DNA from: Firmicutes bacterium UBA5454
GTDB lineage: Bacteria; Bacillota; Clostridia; Caldicoprobacterales; DTU083
DNA: 42,426 nt
Assembly: GCA_002426555.1 (NCBI GenBank)
Contig: DIQU01000001.1
Location: 7,249 to 49,674 of the forward strand
Reading direction: 5' to 3'
In this document: positions 1-9,225 of the stretch, in pieces
Position numbering within the stretch: the stretch's first letter is position 1
Layout of the letters: the number at the start of each line of letters is the position of its first letter
The notes under the pieces: model-generated
Database searches by the model: none
Seen by the model: only the letters and a program-made list of their open reading frames with translations
What the model was told of the DNA's origin: nothing
Made by a program: the position numbers and the translations under genes

Positions 1-52
1 TTTCCTCAACGCCCAGCTGTTCTGCTATGATCTCTCTTACCTTTTCAAACAT
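1..52 (-). CDS. acpP: acyl carrier protein, 5' fragment (first 17 codons; gene continues off the left edge)
   Basis: Not in the ORF track because it is truncated. The reverse strand reads GGAGGTG, 6 nt, then ATG at 52, followed by MFEKVREIIAEQLGVEE, a typical ACP N-terminus. It lies directly downstream of fabG, as in fab operons. Confidence 0.7.
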   Translation of the reverse strand, partial: MFEKVREIIAEQLGVEE

Positions 53-116
53 CCCTTACACCTCCTCTCAAGACAATTAAAAGTTTGATAATAATATGTA
101 GTTCCTAAACATATTA

Positions 117-866
117 TTACATATTCATTCCACCGTCAACAAAGACAACTTGTCCGGTCAAATATTGGCTTTCTTCTGAAGCAAGGAAAGCTGCAACATT
201 GGCAACATCTTCCGGTCTCCCATATCGTTTTAGAGGGATTGTGGATAAAATACCGTCTTTCTGCTGCTCAGTCAAGGCATCAGTCATATCCGTCTCGATG
301 AAACCAGGTGCGATGACATTCACCAAAATATTTCTTGGGGCAAATTCCTTTGCGATGGATTTGGAAAATCCGATAACTCCTGCTTTGGAAGCTGCATAAT
401 TGGCCTGCCCGGCATTCCCTGCTACACCTACAACTGAAGATATATTTATAATTCTTCCCTGACGTTTTTTCATCATGTATTTGCATGCTGATTTTGTGGT
501 GAAGAAAACACTGCTTAAGTTTGCAGACAGCACCTGGAACCAATCTTCTTCTTTCATGCGAATAAGCAGACTGTCTCGAACAACCCCTGCATTATTTATT
601 AAAATATCAAGACCTCCGAGGATCTTAATGGTTTCGTTTATCAGTGTTTCTGCTTCTTCCCGTTTTGAAACATCAGCCTTTAATGCGACTGCCTGCCGTC
701 CCATTTCCTGGATTTTCAATACTACTTCTTCTGCTTTATCCCTGTTGTTGGAATAGTTTACAGCGACATCAGCCCCAAGTTCTGCCAATTTGAGTGCACA
801 AGCTCTGCCAATACCCCTTGAAGCCCCTGTAATTAAAGCTGTCTTCCCGGTTAAATCCATAGGCAT
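117..866 (-). CDS. fabG: 3-oxoacyl-[ACP] reductase FabG (SDR family)
   Basis: MPMDLTGKTALITGASRGIGRA Rossmann motif, NNAG, and the YAASKAG catalytic motif. The track ORF (to 902) overlaps fabD. The ATG at 866 is preceded by AGGAGGTGG with about 9 nt spacing and lies 1 nt after the fabD stop. Confidence 0.95.
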   Translation of the reverse strand: MPMDLTGKTALITGASRGIGRACALKLAELGADVAVNYSNNRDKAEEVVLKIQEMGRQAVALKADVSKREEAETLINETIKILGGLDILINNAGVVRDSLLIRMKEEDWFQVLSANLSSVFFTTKSACKYMMKKRQGRIINISSVVGVAGNAGQANYAASKAGVIGFSKSIAKEFAPRNILVNVIAPGFIETDMTDALTEQQKDGILSTIPLKRYGRPEDVANVAAFLASEESQYLTGQVVFVDGGMNM

Positions 867-867
867 G

Positions 868-1809
868 TTACTGTTCCACCTCCTTGAGTGCATTGAAAAC
901 ATTTTTCAAAGAAACTGAATCCTCTACATTATATATATTTACTGTTTTATCAATTTTTTTGATAAATCCGCTTAGTACCTTTCCAGGGCCTACCTCAATA
1001 AAATTATCAACCCCTTGAGAAAGCATATAACGGATGCAGTCTTCCCAGCGAACAGGGCTGCTGACTTGTGCTGCAAGCATACTTCTGACTTCATCCCCGC
1101 TTACAGCAGGCTTTGCACTTACATTTTGTACTACTGGAATTACAGGTTTTTTTATCTTTATTTGTTTCAGCTCATTTTCCAGTGCATTTCCTGCAGTTTT
1201 AAGCATGGGAGAATGGAAAGGACCGCTGACCGAAAGGGGAACCACTCGCTTTGCGCCAGCTTCCATTGCTAGTTGAGAAGCTTTTTCTACTGCCTTTCCG
1301 TCACCGGATAATACCATCTGACCGGGGCAATTATAGTTTGCTATAATCACTGTGCCAAGTTCAGAAGCCGTCTCACAACAGAGCAAAAGCTTGTCTTCTT
1401 CCAAACCCAGTATCGCTGCCATAGTGCCTCTGCCCGCAGGTACTGCTTCATTCATCAGCTGGCCGCGCTTTCGGACTAGAGGAAGAGCATCTTCATAGCT
1501 GATGGAATTTGCTGTAACCAGCGCACTGTATTCTCCAAGACTCAGCCCGGCTGCCATAGCGGGAACAATTCCCTCACTCATCAACAGCTGAGATATGGCC
1601 GTACTAACCATGAGAACAGCAGGCTGGGTGTTCTCCGTCTTTTTAATATCTGCATCACTGCCATGGAAGATGAGCTTAACAAAATCTTCTTTAAGTATTT
1701 CATCGGTTTTATTAAAAATTTTACTGATAATATTAAAATAATTATATAATTCCATACCCATACCCACGTATTGAGCTCCTTGTCCAGGAAAAATAAAAGC
1801 CGTTTTCAT
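868..1809 (-). CDS. fabD: malonyl CoA-ACP transacylase FabD
   Basis: N-terminus MKTAFIFPGQGAQYVGMG and active-site GLSLGEYSAL. 313 aa, in fab operon context. Confidence 0.95.
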   Translation of the reverse strand: MKTAFIFPGQGAQYVGMGMELYNYFNIISKIFNKTDEILKEDFVKLIFHGSDADIKKTENTQPAVLMVSTAISQLLMSEGIVPAMAAGLSLGEYSALVTANSISYEDALPLVRKRGQLMNEAVPAGRGTMAAILGLEEDKLLLCCETASELGTVIIANYNCPGQMVLSGDGKAVEKASQLAMEAGAKRVVPLSVSGPFHSPMLKTAGNALENELKQIKIKKPVIPVVQNVSAKPAVSGDEVRSMLAAQVSSPVRWEDCIRYMLSQGVDNFIEVGPGKVLSGFIKKIDKTVNIYNVEDSVSLKNVFNALKEVEQ

Positions 1810-1855
1810 AAATTACCCTGCCTTATAATTGGATTTTACTGATATCAGTTTTATT

Positions 1856-2881
1856 TCAGATTGCCTTTTTATCTGTTTTGTTGTCCATGGACCACTTTAT
1901 AATGTTGGAAGCCCATGTTAATCCGCCGCCGAAACCTACCATACAAACATTGTCACCTTTATTGATTCTGCCTGCCTTTACCGCCTCATCCAATGCTACC
2001 GGTATGGATGCTGCAGAAAGGTTTCCATACCTGTCCAAGTTTAAGTACATCTTTTCTTCATCCAACCCCAGACGTTTGGCAACGCTGTTGATTATGCGGA
2101 TGTTTGCCTGATGGGGTACTACACAATCCAAGTCGTCTTTGCTGATCCCTGCCAGATCCATGACTTTTTCTGCTGCAGATGACATGATTTTTACAGCAAA
2201 CTTGAATATTTCACTTCCATCCATGTGTATATAATGGTAATCATGCAGCAGAGTTGCTGCGGAAGCAGGCATTCTGGAGCCGCCGGCCTTCACGTTTAGA
2301 GAGCCTCCATTGCTGCCATCAGCGCCCATGTATTGAGCTAAAAATCCATAACCTTTCTCTACACGGCTGACTACTGCTGCACCTGCGCCGTCACCAAAGA
2401 GAATACAGGTTCCTCTGTCCTTGTAATTGGTGATTCGGCTCAAACACTCCCCACCGATTACAAGAATGTTCTTATAAAAGCCTGTAGCAATAAATTGCTG
2501 GGCTACATTCAAAGCATATAAGAAACCTGAGCAGGCTGCTTCAATATCAGAAGCTGATGCATTAACTGCACCAATGTTGCTTTGAACAATGCATGCTGTA
2601 GATGGAAATGGCATGTCCGGGGTCACAGTGGCTACCAGAATCATATCCAGATCTTTTGCATCCATACAGGCATCATCCAGTGCTCGAAGTGCTGCTATGG
2701 TGCTTAGATTGGAGGTAGCTTGATTTTCGCTGGCAATCCTTCTCTCACGAATTCCAGTTCGAGATACAATCCAATCATTTGATGTCTCTACTATTTTTTC
2801 AAGATCTTTATTGGTAATAATTTTATCCGGCACATAGGAACCAGTTCCTACGATGCCTGCAGAATATAAGCTTGCTTTCAT
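1856..2881 (-). CDS. fabH: beta-ketoacyl-ACP synthase III FabH
   Basis: GTGSYVPDK, active-site AACSGF, HQANIRI, and GFGGGLTWA motifs. GGAGGA RBS 6 nt before the ATG. Confidence 0.95.
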   Translation of the reverse strand: MKASLYSAGIVGTGSYVPDKIITNKDLEKIVETSNDWIVSRTGIRERRIASENQATSNLSTIAALRALDDACMDAKDLDMILVATVTPDMPFPSTACIVQSNIGAVNASASDIEAACSGFLYALNVAQQFIATGFYKNILVIGGECLSRITNYKDRGTCILFGDGAGAAVVSRVEKGYGFLAQYMGADGSNGGSLNVKAGGSRMPASAATLLHDYHYIHMDGSEIFKFAVKIMSSAAEKVMDLAGISKDDLDCVVPHQANIRIINSVAKRLGLDEEKMYLNLDRYGNLSAASIPVALDEAVKAGRINKGDNVCMVGFGGGLTWASNIIKWSMDNKTDKKAI

Positions 2882-2883
2882 GG

Positions 2884-3885
2884 TTAGTCCTCCATCTCTG
2901 TTGTCAAGATGCTTTTTATCTGCTGCAACACGTTATTTTCCAGGTATAGTTTTCCCTGGCGAATGGCATTTTTTATTGCTGTACCATTGGAACTGCCATG
3001 AGCCTTTATTATTCCACCATTGATGCCAAGGAGGGGGGCACCGCCTGTTTCTGTGGAATCCATTCCCTTCTTGAATTGCATCAGGCTGGGTTTTAACATG
3101 AGGGCACCCAGCTTGCTGCGAGTAGTCTTCATCATTGTTTCCTTTAACATTCCAACCAAGCTGTGAGCAAAACCTTCCGTATACTTCAGTACTATGTTTC
3201 CAGTAAATCCATCGCATACCAGAATATCTACAACCCCTTCCGGAACATCCCTGGCTTCCGTATTCCCCACAAAGTTAATCCCTTTGGTTTCCTTCATAAG
3301 CCTGTAAGCTGATTTATAAAGCTCACTGCCCTTGGTCTCTTCGGTACCTATGTTCAGCAAACCAACCGAAGGATTCTTTTTGCCAACTACATTTTCCATG
3401 TAAACAGTACCCATTATGGCAAACTGAACCAAATTTTCCGGCTTGCACTCCGTGTTGGCTCCCATATCAAGAAGCAAGGTGCTGCGCTTCCTGTAAGGGA
3501 TTAGAGAGGTAAGAGCAGGACGATCAATACCCTTGATACGACCTACCTTCAGCAGACCTCCTGCTAGAAGGGCACCGGTGCTGCCGGCCGAAATCAGTAC
3601 ACTGTTGCTTTCTTTTCGCATAATTTCCATAGCTTTGACCAAAGAACTGTCGGGTTTGCCTTTTATGGCTTTAACTGGGCTGTCTTCCATGGTGATGATC
3701 TGAGTCGTATGTACAATTTTAAAACGATCCATTGGCGCGTTCAAGTTTCTTAATTCCTGTTCCAACAATTGTCCGTCGCCTGTCAGGGTAATATGAATTC
3801 CATACTCCAAAACAGCCTCAACACTACCCTTGACGATTTCCTGCGGCGCATGATCTCCTCCCATTCCATCCACAATGATTTTCAT
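2884..3885 (-). CDS. plsX: phosphate acyltransferase PlsX
   Basis: MKIIVDGMGGDHAP N-terminus, 333 aa. 4-nt overlap with the fapR stop, as in the fapR-plsX operon of Bacillus. Confidence 0.95.
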   Translation of the reverse strand: MKIIVDGMGGDHAPQEIVKGSVEAVLEYGIHITLTGDGQLLEQELRNLNAPMDRFKIVHTTQIITMEDSPVKAIKGKPDSSLVKAMEIMRKESNSVLISAGSTGALLAGGLLKVGRIKGIDRPALTSLIPYRKRSTLLLDMGANTECKPENLVQFAIMGTVYMENVVGKKNPSVGLLNIGTEETKGSELYKSAYRLMKETKGINFVGNTEARDVPEGVVDILVCDGFTGNIVLKYTEGFAHSLVGMLKETMMKTTRSKLGALMLKPSLMQFKKGMDSTETGGAPLLGINGGIIKAHGSSNGTAIKNAIRQGKLYLENNVLQQIKSILTTEMED

Positions 3886-4463
3886 ACTTTGTCACTCCTA
3901 TTCTCTCCGATACTTACCAGAATGAACTTACCGCGAAAAGCTTCCTCATGGCGAACCTTGATAAATACCCAAACAAAATACTTATTGCCCCGGGTGCGTG
4001 TCACTTGAGCCTTGGCTACCAGCTTGTCACCGACAAAAATCGGCGTCTTGTATTTGATATTGGCTACACCGGTTAAAGCGACTTTGGCATCGATTACCGC
4101 TATGGCCAGGGATTCTGCCTGTGCAAATATATAATGCCCTCGTACTATTTGCGACCTTTCAAATACCATTTCTTCAGTAGTCTGCAAAATGGAGATACCG
4201 CTGACACCAAGCTCCAAATCAACAATCTCCCCTATGACTTCTGCGGCAGCGATGGTTCGAAGTTTGTTCTGATTTTCAGAAGCTACTGCTCGGATGCGTT
4301 CCCGAAGCTCCGGTATGCCAAGTTCCAATCGATCAAGGCGGATGGTCTGGATACTGACATTAAAATTATCGCTTAGTTCTTCATCTGTTATAAATGGATC
4401 CTCCTGCAGAACATCGATCAATCCCTGTTGCCGTTCTTTTTTGGGCAAGGTGTTTTTAGTCAT
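3882..4463 (-). CDS. fapR: fatty acid/phospholipid biosynthesis transcriptional repressor FapR
   Basis: KKERQQ...PFITDEELSDNFNVSIQTIRLDRLELGIPELRERI closely parallels the B. subtilis FapR N-terminal HTH. C-terminal hot-dog (thioesterase-like) region. Position is upstream of plsX. Confidence 0.93.
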   Translation of the reverse strand: MTKNTLPKKERQQGLIDVLQEDPFITDEELSDNFNVSIQTIRLDRLELGIPELRERIRAVASENQNKLRTIAAAEVIGEIVDLELGVSGISILQTTEEMVFERSQIVRGHYIFAQAESLAIAVIDAKVALTGVANIKYKTPIFVGDKLVAKAQVTRTRGNKYFVWVFIKVRHEEAFRGKFILVSIGENRSDKV

Positions 4464-4505
4464 CTTTTCACCTCCTAATGGATTGTTATGCCGTACTATC
4501 TGTTA

Positions 4506-4522
4506 TTAGTACCAGATGCTAA
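4506..4522. promoter_or_regulatory. candidate FapR operator (17-bp imperfect inverted repeat TTAGTACCAGATGCTAA)
   Basis: The half-sites TTAGTAC and its near-complement (G)TGCTAA lie 5 bp downstream of the predicted -10 of the fapR promoter and about 43 bp upstream of the fapR ATG. FapR is known to bind a 17-bp inverted repeat at or just downstream of fap regulon promoters. The similarity to that box is judged from memory. Confidence 0.55.
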
Positions 4523-4526
4523 CACC

Positions 4527-4555
4527 AGTATAAAATAGTTCGTATTATTTTGCAA
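4527..4555 (-). promoter_or_regulatory. sigma-A type promoter of the fapR-plsX-fabHDG-acpP operon
   Basis: The minus strand reads TTGCAA (4555-4550), a 17-nt spacer, then TATACT (4532-4527). It lies downstream of the rpmF terminator. Confidence 0.55.
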
Positions 4556-4690
4556 TACCTATTTTTAAGATCTTTCACTTCGTTCTGGATGACAATCTAA
4601 TATTTCCAAATAAGTTTACTAAAAAAGCAAATTAATCAGGGATATATAATACAGGATTATTTCCTATGTTCTATATTCAAACTATCTTTT

Positions 4691-4727
4691 ATAAGCAAAA
4701 GGAGCACTTGTTATAAGAGTGCTCCTT
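4691..4727 (-). terminator. rho-independent terminator after rpmF
   Basis: 10-bp stem, AAGGAGCACT (4699-4708) pairing with AGTGCTCCTT (4718-4727). On the minus strand it is followed by TTTTGCTTAT. It begins 13 nt after the rpmF stop. Confidence 0.7.
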
Positions 4728-4739
4728 GGAGTATGCAAA

Positions 4740-4919
4740 TTATTCAGCTGTTTCAATTACCTTTTTCCTGTCATAATATCCGCATTTCTTACATACACGG
4801 TGGCTCAGCTTCATTTCGCTGCACTGCGGGCATTCTGTTACAGCCGGTGTGCTGATTTTCCAGTTAGCCCTTCTCTTATCTCTTCGTGCTGAAGTTGATC
4901 TTCTCTTGGGTACAGCCAT
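4740..4919 (-). CDS. rpmF: 50S ribosomal protein L32
   Basis: 59 aa, below the ORF-track cutoff, read by hand: MAVPKRRSTSARRDKRRANWKISTPAVTECPQCSEMKLSHRVCKKCGYYDRKKVIETAE. It has the canonical MAVPKRR start and a CxxC...CxxC zinc ribbon. GAGGAGGTG RBS 6 nt upstream. Follows the DUF177 gene, as in most bacteria. Confidence 0.92.
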   Translation of the reverse strand: MAVPKRRSTSARRDKRRANWKISTPAVTECPQCSEMKLSHRVCKKCGYYDRKKVIETAE

Positions 4920-4922
4920 TTT

Positions 4923-5495
4923 CTACACCTCCTCGCCTTCGGTGGTAAAGAAATCCTTCAATACCTGCAAACGCTCATCTGCCAAATGGTCGGAATCGTC
5001 ATCCTCTGTATTGAAACATTTACATTTCTCTTGATTTAAATTGGAGCCGCACAGGGCACAAAGACCCTTACAGTTTTCCTTACACCTTCTAAGAATGGGA
5101 AGCTCCAATAACAGGAATTCCTGTACAATCCTTGTTAGATCCACATCGCTGCCTTCGTATGGAAAAGCATCCATGTTGTCCTCGTCCAAGTCTCTATCAT
5201 CCAAAATACCCTCAACAGCGGGCTTTACCAGTCTTGTTTCAAAAGAGAAATCCAAGCGTTGACTGTAGCTTTCCAGGCAAAATCCGCATTGCAGGATGAT
5301 TTCACTTTTGACATTTGCATTAAGCTCCAGTATATCTCCTCTTTTAACGATCAGCCCGCTTACCGATATTGGTTTCCTAAAGCTGAGCGGCTCGCCCTGC
5401 CAGGTAAGGTCCGGTAACTTAAGACTGATATCAAAGCTTTGATTGGAGTCTTTCTCCTGTAATAAATCTTCAAAATGAATTTTCAAGAATATCAC
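4923..5495 (-). CDS. YceD/YlbN family protein (DUF177; large-subunit rRNA accumulation protein)
   Basis: The size, the conserved pairing immediately upstream of rpmF, and the C-terminal CxxxCxGLCxxCGxNLN...C cysteine cluster are typical of DUF177. The start is uncertain: GTG at 5495 or TTG at 5486, which lies 6 nt after AGGTGA. Confidence 0.85.
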   Translation of the reverse strand: MIFLKIHFEDLLQEKDSNQSFDISLKLPDLTWQGEPLSFRKPISVSGLIVKRGDILELNANVKSEIILQCGFCLESYSQRLDFSFETRLVKPAVEGILDDRDLDEDNMDAFPYEGSDVDLTRIVQEFLLLELPILRRCKENCKGLCALCGSNLNQEKCKCFNTEDDDSDHLADERLQVLKDFFTTEGEEV

Positions 5496-5515
5496 CTCAT
5501 GAGCTTCGATTTTTA

Positions 5516-5544
5516 ATTATAGGTTTGTACCGGAAATTTGTCAA
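5516..5544 (-). promoter_or_regulatory. consensus sigma-A promoter for yceD-rpmF
   Basis: The minus strand reads TTGACA (5544-5539), a 17-nt spacer, then TATAAT (5521-5516), both perfect consensus hexamers. It lies about 20 nt upstream of the DUF177 start. Confidence 0.75.
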
Positions 5545-5577
5545 GAACTTGAATTCCTTCTTAAATAATAAATGATA

Positions 5578-6780
5578 TTAAATCAATTCCATGGTTTCCC
5601 GGGCTATCATAAGCTCTTCATCAGTAGGAATAACCAAAACGGAAATTTTGGATTTGTCCGTAGTTACAGGACCTTCCTTCACTTTGCCTGGTATATTGTT
5701 ATTTCGCTCTTTGTCGAAGTCAATTCCCATATACTCCAAACTGGTGCATATATCTTCACGAATAACTGATGTATTCTCTCCAATACCGGCAGTAAATACT
5801 ATGCAGTCTACCCCACCCATGGCAGCTGCATAAGATCCTATAAATTTTTCCACCTGGTAATCGTATACATCCAGTGCGATTTTTGCTCGTTTATTGCCTT
5901 CTTTTGCTGCACTTACCAAATCCCTGAAGTCACTGCTGATGCCAGACAAGCCCAATACACCGGAACGCTTGTTCAATATTTCATTGACTTCATCTGAGCT
6001 TAGACCTGCCTTTTCCATCATATAGTTGATAATTGCCGGATCAATGCTGCCTGATCTGGTCCCCATGGGAACTCCTTCCAGGGGAGTAAAGCCCATACTG
6101 GTATCTATGGATTTACCATGTTTGACAGCAGTAATACTGGCACCATTGCCCAAATGGCAGGTGATAATCTTAAGAGAGTCCAAGGGCTTGTTCAATAATA
6201 TGGCAGCTCTCATAGCCACATATTTATGAGAGGTTCCATGAAAACCATAGCGGCGAATTCCGTATTCTTCATAGGCTTCATATGGAACAGCATAAAGAAA
6301 AGCCTTGTTAGGCATCGTTTGATGGAAGGCAGTATCAAAAACTGCAGTCATGGGGACGTTGGGCATTATGTTTTTGCAAGCCTCAATTCCCATGATATTG
6401 GCTGGGTTATGAAGAGGTGCCAGTTCCACATTTTTCTTTATTGCATCCATAACCTCTTCATCGATAATAACGGATTTGGAGAATTTTTCACCACCGTGCA
6501 CTACACGATGACCTACTGCACTTATTTCACTCATATCCTTAATGACACCATACTCTGGATGCACTAGAGCACTTATAACCATCTTGATGGCATCTATATG
6601 ATTATCAAATTGCGTATCCACCACTACACTATCCTTGCCTAATGGTGAATGATTCAACTTTGAATCGGGGATTCCAATTCGTTCTGCATTACCCTTGGCT
6701 AGAACCTTTTCATCGTCCATATCGATCAGTTGATATTTCAAAGATGAACTTCCCGCATTTATAATTAATATTTTTTTCAT
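5578..6780 (-). CDS. ackA: acetate kinase
   Basis: [19 protein letters not shown]-terminus, HRVVHGG, and GFHGTSH motifs. The ATG at 6780 is 9 nt after AGGAGG; the track start at 6786 is an upstream TTG. Confidence 0.95.
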   Translation of the reverse strand: MKKILIINAGSSSLKYQLIDMDDEKVLAKGNAERIGIPDSKLNHSPLGKDSVVVDTQFDNHIDAIKMVISALVHPEYGVIKDMSEISAVGHRVVHGGEKFSKSVIIDEEVMDAIKKNVELAPLHNPANIMGIEACKNIMPNVPMTAVFDTAFHQTMPNKAFLYAVPYEAYEEYGIRRYGFHGTSHKYVAMRAAILLNKPLDSLKIITCHLGNGASITAVKHGKSIDTSMGFTPLEGVPMGTRSGSIDPAIINYMMEKAGLSSDEVNEILNKRSGVLGLSGISSDFRDLVSAAKEGNKRAKIALDVYDYQVEKFIGSYAAAMGGVDCIVFTAGIGENTSVIREDICTSLEYMGIDFDKERNNNIPGKVKEGPVTTDKSKISVLVIPTDEELMIARETMELI

Positions 6781-6793
6781 CGTCAATAACCTC

Positions 6794-7789
6794 CTATAAG
6801 GCTGTTTGAAGAACGGTAACAGCTACTGCATTTACGATATCCATTGGATTGCAGCCTCTGGATAAATCGTTAACCGGCAAGGCCAGTCCCTGACAAATTG
6901 GCCCTATAGCCTCTGCACCGGCCAAGCGCTGAGTTAATTTATATGCGATGTTGCCGGAATCCAAATCGGGGAAAACCAGTACATTGGCCCTTCCTGCTAC
7001 CTTGCTGTCAGGTGCCTTGCTCTTTGCTACGCTTTCAACCAAAGCAGCATCTCCCTGCAGCTCACCGTCAAACAGGAATTGAGGAGCCAGTTCACGGGCT
7101 ATTCTGGTTGCTTCCCTTACCTTGTCAATTCGAGGGTGTTCAGCACTTCCCTTGGTGGAATAGGACAATAGTGCAACAACAGGCTCGTATCCAACAACCT
7201 GCTCCATGGTTTTCGCTGTAGAAACGGCTATGGCACCCAGCTGTGCTGCATCCGGATCGGGATTCAAACCGCAATCTCCATATACAAAGGCACCATCGGA
7301 ACCAAAGCTTTTATCCGGCATTTCTATAATAAAGCAACTGGAAGCAACCGGGATGCCTGGCGCTGTTTTAATAATCTGCAGCGTAGGACGCAGAACATCA
7401 CTGGTGGCATTGGCAGCGCCTGCTGTCATTCCATCGGCATCTCCCATTTTTACCATCATGACCCCGAAATAAAGAGGGTCCTTTATGACTTCTCTGGCTT
7501 TTTCCAGGGTCATACCCTTGTGTTTCCGCAGCTCTGTGAATTTCTGTGCATAGTTTTCCATTTTTTCAGATTTGAGATGATCCATTAACTCCACTCCGGT
7601 CAGATCCCAGTTATTTTCCTCAGCCATCTGTAAAACCTTATCCGGGCTTCCAAGTATTATAACTTTGGCTACCCCCTGTTTTGTGACTTCCGCTGCGGCC
7701 TCTACTACCCGAGGATCGTATCCTTCCGGAAGAATAATGACTTTTCCAAGCTTTGCAGCTCTCTCTCGCATACTCTTTAGTACTGCCAC
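6794..7789 (-). CDS. pta: phosphate acetyltransferase
   Basis: Short-form Pta: [13 protein letters not shown]...SxxSxG region and a C-terminal LSRG motif. Adjacent to ackA. I prefer the GTG at 7789, 8 nt after AAGGGAG. The ORF could extend to the ATG at 7807 or start at the ATG at 7771. Confidence 0.9.
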   Translation of the reverse strand: MAVLKSMRERAAKLGKVIILPEGYDPRVVEAAAEVTKQGVAKVIILGSPDKVLQMAEENNWDLTGVELMDHLKSEKMENYAQKFTELRKHKGMTLEKAREVIKDPLYFGVMMVKMGDADGMTAGAANATSDVLRPTLQIIKTAPGIPVASSCFIIEMPDKSFGSDGAFVYGDCGLNPDPDAAQLGAIAVSTAKTMEQVVGYEPVVALLSYSTKGSAEHPRIDKVREATRIARELAPQFLFDGELQGDAALVESVAKSKAPDSKVAGRANVLVFPDLDSGNIAYKLTQRLAGAEAIGPICQGLALPVNDLSRGCNPMDIVNAVAVTVLQTAL

Positions 7790-7924
7790 TAATATTACTC
7801 CCTTCATGTAACTGTATTATTTAACATCAATTGCAGGTTTGTTAAAAAGCTGACAACCAACAATCAATCTTCTACATATAAGCCCAAAATCCTCTAAAAA
7901 CGTTCAAGTTTGAAATAATTCATC

Positions 7925-7953
7925 TTGCCCTGCCTGATGAATGGAGGTAAAAT
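7925..7953 (+). promoter_or_regulatory. candidate sigma-A promoter for tmcAL
   Basis: TTGCCC (7925-7930), a 17-nt spacer, then TAAAAT (7948-7953), about 30 nt upstream of the ATG at 7984. Confidence 0.3.
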
Positions 7954-7983
7954 ACCCATAAGACAATTAACAAGGAGCATATT

Positions 7984-9225
7984 ATGAAAGTTCTGGGGAT
8001 CATAGCTGAATACAATCCATTTCATTACGGTCATTTGTTACATATGAAGCAGTCCCTGAAGCTGTCCAAGGCTGATTATATCATTGCAGTCATGTCAGGT
8101 CAATTTACCCAGCGAGGAGAAGCTGCTATAGTTGACAAATGGATTCGAGCCAGAGCTGCTGTAGCCTGCGGAATAGACCTTGTTTTAGAGCTCCCTGCTG
8201 TTTATGCCGTTCAAACTGCTGAACTTTTTGCCCGGGGCGGAATCCAGCTGCTTAACCATACCGGACTGACCACCCATGTCTGTTTTGGCAGTGAAACCGG
8301 CGAACTGGACCCTCTTCAAAGCATTGCCGATATCCTTACTGATGAGGATGAAAAATTCAGAAAACTGTTAAGAAAATATTTGGCACAAGGTCTGTCCTTC
8401 CCATCTGCAAGGCAAAAGGCCGTAGAAGATTATAATCCAGGTCTTCAAGAAGCTGAAATTCATGCAGCCATGTCAAAAAGCAATTCAATTTTGGCCATCG
8501 AATATTTGAAGGCTCTAAATAAAAGCAACAGCAGCATAATACCCCTTACCATACCTAGAATTCGAGCATCTTACGGCAGTACTCGAATTAGAAAAGGTAT
8601 AGCCAGCGCTTCCTCTATTCGTAAGGAGATTTTTCAAAATGGTCTGACTCAACGGGTTAAGGAGGCTGTCCCTTTACCTGTTTATCAAATATTATCAGAT
8701 TCCATTGCTAACGGCATGGGTCCTATTGATAATACTGCCTTTGGCGATTTTATATTGGGCATACTGCGCAGAAGCAGCCTTAGTGAAATTGCTTCCTGGA
8801 TGGATGTGACCGAGGGATTGGAGAACCGTATCAAGGAACAGGCTCAATCTGCATGCAGTCTGGATGAATTCCTTTCCCTTGTAAAAACCAGGCGCTATGT
8901 CCATACAAGACTACAACGGATTCTAATACATGGTCTGCTAAACCTGACTACTGAAAGTTTTCATGAGCTTAACGATATAACCGGACCAAAGTATTTGCGT
9001 ATTCTGGCCTTTTCCAATAAGGCCATGCCTCTTATGAAGAGGCTGCAGGAAACTGCTCAAGTACCTGTTCTAACCAAGGCTGCTCATATCAATCGCTGCA
9101 GCTTGCCAGTACAAAGGATGTTTGCCTATGACTGCCTTGCTACAGATCTCTACAGCCTTGCTTTAACCAACCCCGAGATTCGCCGAGGGGGCAGGGATTT
9201 TACACAGAGAATATTTCCTGTTTAA
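7984..9225 (+). CDS. tmcAL: tRNA(Met) cytidine acetate ligase (YlbM/UPF0348 nucleotidyltransferase)
   Basis: The GIIAEYNPFHYGHLLH HIGH-like nucleotidyltransferase motif at the N-terminus, about 410 aa, and its placement next to ylbK/ylbJ homologues match B. subtilis ylbM. AAGGAG RBS 6 nt upstream. Confidence 0.85.
   Translation: MKVLGIIAEYNPFHYGHLLHMKQSLKLSKADYIIAVMSGQFTQRGEAAIVDKWIRARAAVACGIDLVLELPAVYAVQTAELFARGGIQLLNHTGLTTHVCFGSETGELDPLQSIADILTDEDEKFRKLLRKYLAQGLSFPSARQKAVEDYNPGLQEAEIHAAMSKSNSILAIEYLKALNKSNSSIIPLTIPRIRASYGSTRIRKGIASASSIRKEIFQNGLTQRVKEAVPLPVYQILSDSIANGMGPIDNTAFGDFILGILRRSSLSEIASWMDVTEGLENRIKEQAQSACSLDEFLSLVKTRRYVHTRLQRILIHGLLNLTTESFHELNDITGPKYLRILAFSNKAMPLMKRLQETAQVPVLTKAAHINRCSLPVQRMFAYDCLATDLYSLALTNPEIRRGGRDFTQRIFPV

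Noticed and set aside
7808-7983. A CcpA cre site or a clear sigma-A promoter for pta-ackA in the divergent spacer. ackA and pta are cre-activated in Bacillus.
   Set aside because: The best candidates (TTGAACGTTTTTAG, and TTGATT-17-TAACAA) deviate from the consensus at key positions. I cannot support either without a scoring matrix.
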